From NCBI GenBank assembly GCA_963666565.1, contig OY762911.1, positions 2,400,001 through 2,464,000 of the forward strand: a DNA stretch of 64,000 bases. The letters run 5' to 3'. Each line of letters begins with the position of its first letter. Position 1 is the first letter of the stretch. The DNA comes from Thermoanaerobaculia bacterium (GTDB lineage Bacteria > Acidobacteriota > Thermoanaerobaculia > Multivoradales > Multivoraceae). Below are positions 40,948 through 48,484 of this stretch, piece by piece. A model generated the notes under the pieces. It did not search any database. It was given only the letters and a program-made list of their open reading frames with translations, and was not told the origin of the DNA. Both the position numbers and the translations under genes were made by a program.

Positions 40948-41515
40948 CGGTATGCGTCTCCTTGGCTCCTGGGTTTAGCGTGGCTTCAAGATCGGCGCGG
41001 TAGTACTCGCGGGCGATCCGTCGACATGCCCGCCGGGCTGCGGGGGTGTTGTCGCCGGCCAGCACGAACTGGCCTAGCCCGAGCAGATTGAAGCGCTTGA
41101 AGTCGGTGCGAGCCAGTCGCCGGCAAATGCGGACCACGAGGTCGGACCGCTGGTCCGACGGTGCTGCGAGTAGCCGCGCAAGGCGTAGTTCCGACACGCC
41201 GGCCTGGAAGAGGGCCTTGCCCATGGACAACTCCTGTTGGTGCGCGGAGGCATTGTCCTTTCTCCGCCCCTTCGGTGTCAGGATCGCGACGGCCTGAATC
41301 ATCGCCGCCCATCTCTGTTCGTCGCCATCGGCACTGTAGCGGGTCAGTAGCCTCCAGAAGGCCGCCGCGCCGGCACCGCTCAGGGGGTCGTGGCGAAGAG
41401 CGGCGGCCGACCCCGGGTCGAGACGCGCGATCTCCGCCGCCAAACTCGGGATCACGTTCCCGAGATTCCCCGAACCTTGCGCCGTCCTCGCTGTTTCGGT
41501 GTCGCTACTCGACAT
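40940..41515 (-). CDS. cse2: Cas11 (Cse2)
   Basis: Small helical protein between cas8e and cas7; SELRLARLL, IAREYY. Confidence 0.88.
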   Translation of the reverse strand: MSSSDTETARTAQGSGNLGNVIPSLAAEIARLDPGSAAALRHDPLSGAGAAAFWRLLTRYSADGDEQRWAAMIQAVAILTPKGRRKDNASAHQQELSMGKALFQAGVSELRLARLLAAPSDQRSDLVVRICRRLARTDFKRFNLLGLGQFVLAGDNTPAARRACRRIAREYYRADLEATLNPGAKETHTDA

Positions 41516-43088
41516 TGGCAGGCTCCCGTGCGGTGAAGATCTCCGGCTGATCGGCGAACACGCTCCTGTTGCCGCGGAGACTTCCATAGAAGGCGCTAAA
41601 GGCACGCGCTCGCGCCCGGTGTCGCCGGATCGCTGGGCAGGGCACAGATTCGACAGCGTCTACGAGGAGCGCGTCCGCGGCGGCCACCATGCCCCGGGCG
41701 AAGTTCGCGCGCTCCCCGTGGGTGCCGGCTTGCCGGCTGGCGGCGAACCGCTTCTCGACCGCATCGAAGAACCGCGAGTCGACCCACGCGTCCAGCCGGC
41801 GGGCGTACGGCCTGGCGAACGTTCGGTCGTTCTTGCTCAGGTCGCCCAGCATCTTGCCGCCACTTGCGGCGACAGCTACTCCGAGCCGCAATGCGCGCGA
41901 GACCTCTGCGATCTCCTCAAGAAGATCGCCGCTAATGGCCGCCAGTTCGTCGCGTTCTTCTTTCCGGCCGAAGGCTGCGGCGACTCCCGGGGCGAAGACG
42001 ATGTCCTTCCGCTCGTGGTAGCCATCGGTCTTGCCTTGGCCGCCTGCCATGCCTCGGGCCACTACTCGCCACCGTTCCTTGCTAGCTGCGGAGACGATCA
42101 TCGCTGGCGGAAGATCGTAGGCGGCCTTATCGAAGAGGAGCCTGTTCAGGCGGTCGTACCGGAATCCGGCGCTAGACAGCGACAGCGCTTTGGCATCGCC
42201 CGTGCTGACGGGCGTCCAGAAGTCGCCGACGTTGCCGCGGGCGGCCTTGGCGGCGACCCGGCTCGTCTTTGACCCAGCCGTCTTCGCCACGATTCGCCGA
42301 TTCTCGACACGCAGGCGCACGCGCCGACAGATCTCGATGAAGTAGGGGTCCAGGTCGCCCAGGTCGAGCGACGTTTCGCCGTCCCACGGGACGGTCCAGA
42401 GAAGAGCCGTTCCGTTCTCCGGGCGGTAGTAGTCCGGGAGGCGGTTCAGTAGTTGCGGGCGATCCTCCAGCATCTGCTGGATGTCGTGAAGGAGGTGTGC
42501 GCCGAAACCACCGCCAGCAGGCGCGAGCCCAAGGCAGGGTCGAGCCGAGAACCCGCCGTTCATGCGGGCGATCCCGTAGTTGCCGGCGCCGAGAAATCCA
42601 GCCATCGTCTGCAGGTCGATCAAGGCAAACACCCAGTCGTCCGGTGCATTCGCCCGGGCGACGTCCTGCTTGACGTCGTGGTTCTTGGACGTCACGAGGA
42701 GATCGAGGTCATCGGGCGTGGCAACTCGCCGGCGATACTGGCTGAGCGTGTCGCCCGCCGGGCACTGCATGAAGGCTGGCTTTGCAGGGTCGTTGACGAC
42801 CAACTGCCACGGTTCGTCGCCGTCGAACTCCGGCGTCAGCCTGCGTATTACCGAGCGCCACTCGGCTGCGGCGCTGGGAAGAGCCGTCGCCTCAGCCCGT
42901 TGGACGGCGAGTGTGCCGAGCTGGGCGACAAAGGCGTGCCAGGCGTGTCTTTGGTGGGGCCGCAAGGCCGGGAACGCGGCGACTGTATCGGCCGATGCCT
43001 TCTCGAAGACGTCCGGCAGCGACATCGCCTCGGAGTGGTCGTGGGCGAGACGAACTCGAATTAGTGGATCAGTGAGGAGGTTGTACAT
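41505..43088 (-). CDS. cse1: Cas8e (Cse1)
   Basis: YNLLTDPLI, AFMQ, GAGNYGIARMNGG, EICRRVRL. Confidence 0.92.
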   Translation of the reverse strand: MYNLLTDPLIRVRLAHDHSEAMSLPDVFEKASADTVAAFPALRPHQRHAWHAFVAQLGTLAVQRAEATALPSAAAEWRSVIRRLTPEFDGDEPWQLVVNDPAKPAFMQCPAGDTLSQYRRRVATPDDLDLLVTSKNHDVKQDVARANAPDDWVFALIDLQTMAGFLGAGNYGIARMNGGFSARPCLGLAPAGGGFGAHLLHDIQQMLEDRPQLLNRLPDYYRPENGTALLWTVPWDGETSLDLGDLDPYFIEICRRVRLRVENRRIVAKTAGSKTSRVAAKAARGNVGDFWTPVSTGDAKALSLSSAGFRYDRLNRLLFDKAAYDLPPAMIVSAASKERWRVVARGMAGGQGKTDGYHERKDIVFAPGVAAAFGRKEERDELAAISGDLLEEIAEVSRALRLGVAVAASGGKMLGDLSKNDRTFARPYARRLDAWVDSRFFDAVEKRFAASRQAGTHGERANFARGMVAAADALLVDAVESVPCPAIRRHRARARAFSAFYGSLRGNRSVFADQPEIFTAREPANVE

Positions 43089-43100
43089 GGTTGTGGCCTC

Positions 43101-43190
43101 GCGCTCTCCCCGCTATGGCGGGGTCGCGATTTCATCAAGCGCTTCCGTTGCTCCGCGTACGGGTCAATCTCCGATGAGGTCGGAGGGGTT
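43101..43190 (-). ncRNA. Degenerate mini-CRISPR (crRNA-like regulatory RNA, CreA/CreR-like)
   Basis: Two pseudo-repeats starting at 43101 and 43162 (61-bp period) keep a 6-bp stem; spacer matches 43537-43558. Confidence 0.85.
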
Positions 43191-43257
43191 GGCGCGATTC
43201 TTGGCTGCTACGATTCGGAGCATCGTCGATGAGCAACCAAGTCGGTGATGGTCGTAG

Positions 43258-43330
43258 CGGTCCCGGCCGGAGTCGAAACCGGCATCTCGCCTTTGTTCTT
43301 CGGCGCGTCTTGACCTTAGACGACAGGACC
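43258..43330 (-). ncRNA. tRNA-like cloverleaf with aberrant anticodon and T loops
   Basis: Acceptor GGTCCTG/CGGGACC, D stem GTCT/AGAC with GG in loop, stem CGCC/GGCG, T arm GCCGG-TTTCGACT-CCGGC; ends G-CTA, not CCA. Confidence 0.7.
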
Positions 43331-43513
43331 GCTACGGGTTGGCCCGCCGGGGTGTCTCCCCGGCGGGCGCTGTTGTTCAGGGGACGACGCGCGAAGACCA
43401 ACGGGTCGGTACTTCGGCAGCGAGGGCTCGGTGTAGCGAGTGGCAGTTCAAGGGGATTCCGCATGTCGTCCTTCCTCAGAGCGGTCATTGCGCCCGGTCA
43501 GGGCGCGTCGCCA

Positions 43514-43561
43514 ACCATAGCACAAGACAGACTGTCGCGCCTCCGTTGCTCCTCGTACGCT
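43514..43561 (-). promoter_or_regulatory. Predicted promoter with mini-CRISPR target site
   Basis: Extended -10 TGcTATGGT (43522-43514); protospacer 43558-43537 preceded by AGC. Confidence 0.65.
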
Positions 43562-43690
43562 ACAGATGAGGACTCGATGCAGCGTTCAGCCGTCGGCGGC
43601 AAGTTGACGACTGCCCGGGCGAGCTTACGGCTCGCCCGTTTTGAGCGAGCGGTACTCCGCCACGCCCTCGCCCCACCGCGTCGGTCTGTC

Positions 43691-46306
43691 TCACCAAGCA
43701 GTGACTGAAGAAGCCGAGGATTCCTCAGGTCGGACTCCGGTCCGATCGTAGGTCAGTCGAGCGTCGCCGACCGTCAGAACGAGGGTGCTGGCCGCGGTAG
43801 GTTCGGCTCGTGCGGCCTCGATGTCCTCCTTCCTGGGCAGGCCGCGCCGGAACATGTGAGCCGGGAGGTTGAAGGTACGGACCTCACTGCCGAACGGTCC
43901 GGCTAGCGGGGACGGGAGTTCGATTCGCGGGCCGTCTTCGCCCAGTCGGGTTCGGACTTTGGAGTCCAGGTCCGCGAAGACGAGGTCCCCGTCGAAGGGC
44001 TCTTCCCGCGTCAGCGCGTGGTTCCTCGCCGCGACGGCCTCGGCGGAGTTTCTTCCGACCACCTTGCTCAGGTGAGAGAGCCAGTCTTCGCCGAGCGTCT
44101 CAGCCGACTCGCGCAGCACCTGTGGGTGAGTCCCGCGCTCGACCAGCGTCCTGTTCATCTCCGGGACGGTCCAGGCCGGGTGGTCCTCGATGAGCCTCCG
44201 CGTTGCCTCGATTCCGACGAGGTTCGTGTAGATCCCGCCGCGGTCCGAAACGCCGAGCCCGTGTTGCAGGAGCGAGCCGTCGAGCCCTGCCGCCAGCCCC
44301 GAATCCGGCACGAGAACGAGGCAGCGGGCATCCTTGAACGCTGCCGGGCGTTCGTTCGGTGCGTGGCGATGCAGTCGCCCGAGCCGCTGCAGCAGGACGT
44401 CTACGGGGCAGATGTCCGTGATCAGGTAGTCGGCGTCGATGTCGAGCGACTGCTCCAGCGTCTGCGTGCCGATGACGATTGTGCCGCCCGGTGGACGACT
44501 CTCCTTCCCCAATTCCCGTTCGACGGCGGCGTCCAGCAGTCTTCGGTCCTCGGCGGCGAACCGGCTGTGGTGTAGCGCCGGTCCGCCTGCGACCGCAAGC
44601 GCCAGATCGCTGCCGCCCTGGTCCACCAGCGCGGCGAAGACGGCCCGTGCGCTGTCCACGGTGTTGCGAACGACGAGCACCTTGGCATCGTTCTGCGCCG
44701 CACGGAGCGCTTTGCGGGCGATTGCTCCTGGTTCGCCCAGGAACGCCGCCGTGGACATTGCGACCGGCTTGGACGTGCCCGTCGTCCGGATAGGGGTCAC
44801 CCGGAACTCGCCGCGGCCGTCCGCGAGCGTCATGGCGGGGTAGGGGACGGCCTCGGCATCGCTTGGCGATGGCGTGGCGTAGCGGTTGGTCTTCGAGACG
44901 AACTTGGAACTCGCCGCCGAACCCAGGGTGGCCGACATGAGCAGGGCGTGGCCTCCCAGCGTGAGGTGTCCCCGCAGGACGCCGCGCAGTACCTGCGTCA
45001 TGTAGCCGTCGCTGGCGTGGACTTCGTCCACAACGAGCAGGCTGCCGGCAAGGCCAGCCGCCCGGAAGTGCGCCCACTTCACTTGCAGACCTGCGAGGAG
45101 CGCCTGGTCGACCGTCCCGACCGCCGCTGGGGCCGTCAAGTACTTGCGGGCACTCTCGGCCGACCAACGGGCAAGCCGCTTCGCTTCGTCGGGCTCGTCC
45201 TCCCAGTAGACCTCGAACTTCTCTGCTCGGCGTCCTTCGGAATCTCCGGCCCGGAGGTAGCCCGGCACCGCCAAAACCGTCTCTGCGTTGGCAGTCGACG
45301 GGAAGAGCCGGTCCAGCGCCCGATGGACGCGCGCGTGCAGTTGTTTCGCTGCGGACCGAGTCGGAACGGCGAAGTAGAGACCGTCTACGACTCCTGCGCG
45401 CCACAGGGACGCGAATCGCAAGATGGCCGCTTCCGTCTTGCCGGACCCGGTCTCGCTCTCCAGAATCAGGAGAGGGCTGTCGAGCGGCGCCGAAGCCACG
45501 GCGGTCTGCAGAGGCCGCGGCTCGGCGTAGTTGAACAACCTCCTCACATCGGCGACCGGTGCGCCCTTCGGCCAAGCAGACCGGGCGAACCCCTTGCTCG
45601 CGACTGTCCCTGCGGCGATGCGGCGAGCGCGCTCGATGTAGGACGGGTCCGGGTCCGGCTCGTGCTTGAAGGCATCTTCGTCCGAGCCCAATTGATCGGC
45701 AATGGCGACGACGCCGGCGAAGAGGTGGGCCAACGCCGGCACGTCGGGGACCGGAGGTCCAGACTTGAAGGAGTCGGGGAACCACGCCCGTCCCCGCTCG
45801 TAGAGCAGCTTCGCGGTGGCTCGTGGTTCGTAGCCTCCGAAGGGCTGCCACAGCTCGGCCGGGCCTCTTCCCGTGCGCGATGGCCGCCGAGCCGGTCGGC
45901 CGTGATGGGCGAGCGCCGCGTAGAGAAGAGGCTCGACGCCGCCGCCCCACTCGTCGGCGATGCGATGGAGTCCCAGGAGTTCGCAGAGTCCGGGCTGCGC
46001 GAAGCTCAGCAGCGCCTCTCCGATGTGTCCGGCTGGCCGCGGGCCTCGCCGAACCGCTCCGCCGGATCGCGGCACCTTGAACTGAAAGCCGGCGTTGAGC
46101 TTGCCGAAATCGTGCAGGTAGGCGAGGTACGTCAGTCGGGCGGCGAGCGTGTCGTCGAGAACCGGCGCGCCCGCGGCTCGGGCGAAGCGGGCGCGTAGCA
46201 CGGGTTCGCCGATCAGTGCTTCAAAGCAGGCCGCTACGTCGGCACAGTGATGCTCCAGCCGATGGAAGCGTCCCGTTGCTTCGTCGAACTTCCCCCATGC
46301 GTCCAC
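43691..46306 (-). CDS. cas3: Cas3 HD nuclease-helicase
   Basis: HDFGK, ETGSGKTE, DEVH, SAT, HSRF, QRLGRLHRH. Confidence 0.97.
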   Translation of the reverse strand: MDAWGKFDEATGRFHRLEHHCADVAACFEALIGEPVLRARFARAAGAPVLDDTLAARLTYLAYLHDFGKLNAGFQFKVPRSGGAVRRGPRPAGHIGEALLSFAQPGLCELLGLHRIADEWGGGVEPLLYAALAHHGRPARRPSRTGRGPAELWQPFGGYEPRATAKLLYERGRAWFPDSFKSGPPVPDVPALAHLFAGVVAIADQLGSDEDAFKHEPDPDPSYIERARRIAAGTVASKGFARSAWPKGAPVADVRRLFNYAEPRPLQTAVASAPLDSPLLILESETGSGKTEAAILRFASLWRAGVVDGLYFAVPTRSAAKQLHARVHRALDRLFPSTANAETVLAVPGYLRAGDSEGRRAEKFEVYWEDEPDEAKRLARWSAESARKYLTAPAAVGTVDQALLAGLQVKWAHFRAAGLAGSLLVVDEVHASDGYMTQVLRGVLRGHLTLGGHALLMSATLGSAASSKFVSKTNRYATPSPSDAEAVPYPAMTLADGRGEFRVTPIRTTGTSKPVAMSTAAFLGEPGAIARKALRAAQNDAKVLVVRNTVDSARAVFAALVDQGGSDLALAVAGGPALHHSRFAAEDRRLLDAAVERELGKESRPPGGTIVIGTQTLEQSLDIDADYLITDICPVDVLLQRLGRLHRHAPNERPAAFKDARCLVLVPDSGLAAGLDGSLLQHGLGVSDRGGIYTNLVGIEATRRLIEDHPAWTVPEMNRTLVERGTHPQVLRESAETLGEDWLSHLSKVVGRNSAEAVAARNHALTREEPFDGDLVFADLDSKVRTRLGEDGPRIELPSPLAGPFGSEVRTFNLPAHMFRRGLPRKEDIEAARAEPTAASTLVLTVGDARLTYDRTGVRPEESSASSVTAW

Positions 46307-46383
46307 GCCAAGGTCCTCGCTTCCACGCTGGAGCGCACCCGTCGCGCGCCACTAGCATCGGCCCTGGCATGGTACGCGACCCG

Positions 46384-46887
46384 ATGGACCCCTTCGTGGC
46401 GATCGACTTCGAGATAGCCAACGCACGCCACGACAGCGCCTGCGCGGTCGGGCTTGCCGCTTGCAGCGGCGGCCACGTGGTGCAGTCGCGCAGCTATCTC
46501 ATCCGGCCTCCCGGCAGGCGGTTCACTTTCACTGGAGTCCACGGCCTGAGTTGGGACGATGTGCGCGAGGCGCCGACGTTCGCCGACCTCTGGCCGACGC
46601 TGCGGGAGTGGCTCGCTCCGGCGCGGTTCGTTGCCGCTCACAACGCGAAGTTCGACCGCAGGGTGCTGCAGGCCGGCTGCGCTCGCAACGGTTTGCGGGC
46701 GCCACGGAAGCGCTTCGTCTGCACCGTGGAACTGGCCTGGGCCCAATGGGATGTCTCGTCGGCCAGATTGCCCGACGTCTGCCGTCGACTGGACATCCCT
46801 CTCCGGCACCACGACGCGGGCTCGGACGCTCTGGCTTGCGCTCGGATTGTCCTTGCCGCGCAGGCGGCTGGCTGGAGGCTCCGGTAG
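46384..46887 (+). CDS. DEDDh 3'-5' exonuclease (DnaQ-like)
   Basis: IDFE, AHNAKFD, HHDAGSDA. Confidence 0.9.
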   Translation: MDPFVAIDFEIANARHDSACAVGLAACSGGHVVQSRSYLIRPPGRRFTFTGVHGLSWDDVREAPTFADLWPTLREWLAPARFVAAHNAKFDRRVLQAGCARNGLRAPRKRFVCTVELAWAQWDVSSARLPDVCRRLDIPLRHHDAGSDALACARIVLAAQAAGWRLR

Positions 46888-46925
46888 ACCGAGGAGGCGA
46901 TCGATCATGGTACCGTTGTACGGCC

Positions 46926-47132
46926 ATGACTCAAGTGACCCTCTCGCCCAAGTACCAGGTCGTCATCCCGCTCGAGATCCGCACCGCTCTGCGACTCGAG
47001 CCAGGCCAGAAGATCCAGGCGATTCGCGTCGGCCGCTGCATCGAACTGGTCCCGGTCAAGCCGATGAGGGAGTACCGGGGATTCGCGAAGGGCATCGACA
47101 CCGCGGTCGCTCGCGAAGCCGATCGACTGTGA
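46926..47132 (+). CDS. AbrB/MazE-family antitoxin
   Basis: LSPKYQVVIPLEIR...L.PGQ. Confidence 0.9.
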   Translation: MTQVTLSPKYQVVIPLEIRTALRLEPGQKIQAIRVGRCIELVPVKPMREYRGFAKGIDTAVAREADRL

Positions 47133-47500
47133 ACGTCGTCGACTCGTCGGCGTGGATCGAGTACTTCGCCGATTCCGAGCGCGCGGATCTGTACGAGGCG
47201 CCCATCCTGGACACGGGGGAGCTTCTCGTGCCGGCGATCTGCCTCTACGAGGTGTTCAGGGTCATGTCCAGGCAGCGCTCCGAAGTCGAAGCCCTCGAGG
47301 CCGTTGCGGCCATGCGGCAAGGCAGGGTCGTCGAGTTCACGGCCGATCTGGCGGTTCTCGCCGCAAGGCTCTCCCTCGAGCACTCGCTGCCGATGGCCGA
47401 CGCCTCGATCCTCGCAACCGCCTACTCCGAGGAGGCGGAGCTGTGGACCCAGGACGCGGACTTCGAGGGGCTGCCGGGCGTACGCTACTTCCCCAGGTAG
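47129..47500 (+). CDS. vapC: PIN-domain toxin
   Basis: VVDSSAWIEY, LYEV, MADASILATA, WTQDADF; GTGA overlap with the antitoxin. Confidence 0.92.
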   Translation: MNVVDSSAWIEYFADSERADLYEAPILDTGELLVPAICLYEVFRVMSRQRSEVEALEAVAAMRQGRVVEFTADLAVLAARLSLEHSLPMADASILATAYSEEAELWTQDADFEGLPGVRYFPR

Positions 47501-47541
47501 GCGCCGGTGGTACTGTCCGCCGCCACGGAGGAGTCCCGCGT

Positions 47542-48444
47542 ATGCGATTCAGCTACTGGCCCGCCCCCACGATGCCCTGGCCCGACCTTCTGGAGATGTC
47601 GCGGCACGTCGAGGGCACCGGCTGGGACGGCATCTGGTACGCCGATCACTTCATGCCGAACGCCGAGGACACCTCGGCGCCGTGGGCCGAGTGCTGGACG
47701 ACGATCGCGGCCCTCGCGGCGGCGGTTCCGCGCGTTCGCCTGGGTCCGCTCGTCACCGGCAACACGTACCGGCACCCGGCGGTGCTGGCGAAGATCGCGG
47801 CGACGATCGACCACATCTCCGGCGGCCGGGTCGTGCTGGGGCTGGGCGCCGGCTGGCAGGAGAACGAGCACCTCGCCTACGGCATTCCGTTCTACACGAC
47901 GGGCGAGCGGCTCCGCCGGCTGGACGAGGCGTGCCGCGTGATCAAGGCCCTCTACGGCCAGCGGAGCGCGAACTTCAAGGGCGACGCCTACGAGCTGATC
48001 GGGGCGCCGCTCGAGCCGAAGCCGGTCCAGGAACCGCTGCCGCTGATGATCGGTGGCGGCGGCGAGAAGGTGACGCTGCGCATCGCCGCCCAGCACGCCG
48101 ACGAGTGGAACGTCTGGGGCACCGTGGACATCCTGAAGCACAAGATGTCCGTGCTCGACGCCCACTGCGGGAACGTGGGGCGCGACCCGGCGGAGATCGA
48201 GCGGTCGGCGGTGGCGCTCCTGTTCCTGAGCGACGACGAGGCGTTCCTGGCCAAGGTGCGGGCGCGCGGCACGGGAATGCCGTCGAACATCGGCGGCGTC
48301 TCCGAAATCGCCGACGCGGTCGGCGCCTACCGCGACGCCGGAGTGCATGAGTTCATCGTGCCGGCGTTCAACCTGGGCGGCAAGGATCGCCAGAAGGACG
48401 TGCTCGACCGGTTCATCGAGGAGGTCGCGCCCGCGGTTCGGTAA
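47542..48444 (+). CDS. LLM-class, probably F420-dependent, oxidoreductase
   Basis: DHFMP, GNTYRHPAVLAK, DHISGGR, IGGGGEK. Confidence 0.9.
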   Translation: MRFSYWPAPTMPWPDLLEMSRHVEGTGWDGIWYADHFMPNAEDTSAPWAECWTTIAALAAAVPRVRLGPLVTGNTYRHPAVLAKIAATIDHISGGRVVLGLGAGWQENEHLAYGIPFYTTGERLRRLDEACRVIKALYGQRSANFKGDAYELIGAPLEPKPVQEPLPLMIGGGGEKVTLRIAAQHADEWNVWGTVDILKHKMSVLDAHCGNVGRDPAEIERSAVALLFLSDDEAFLAKVRARGTGMPSNIGGVSEIADAVGAYRDAGVHEFIVPAFNLGGKDRQKDVLDRFIEEVAPAVR

Positions 48445-48484
48445 TGCAGAGGAATCGTGTCGTTTGGGGACAAGGTCCATAACC

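Noticed and set aside
43258-43330. Functional decoding tRNA gene
   Set aside because: No 7-nt anticodon loop or U33, and an 8-nt T loop; reported as tRNA-like only
43229-43708. 159-aa plus-strand ORF in the cas3-cas8e gap
   Set aside because: No recognisable motif, and antisense to the structured RNA elements
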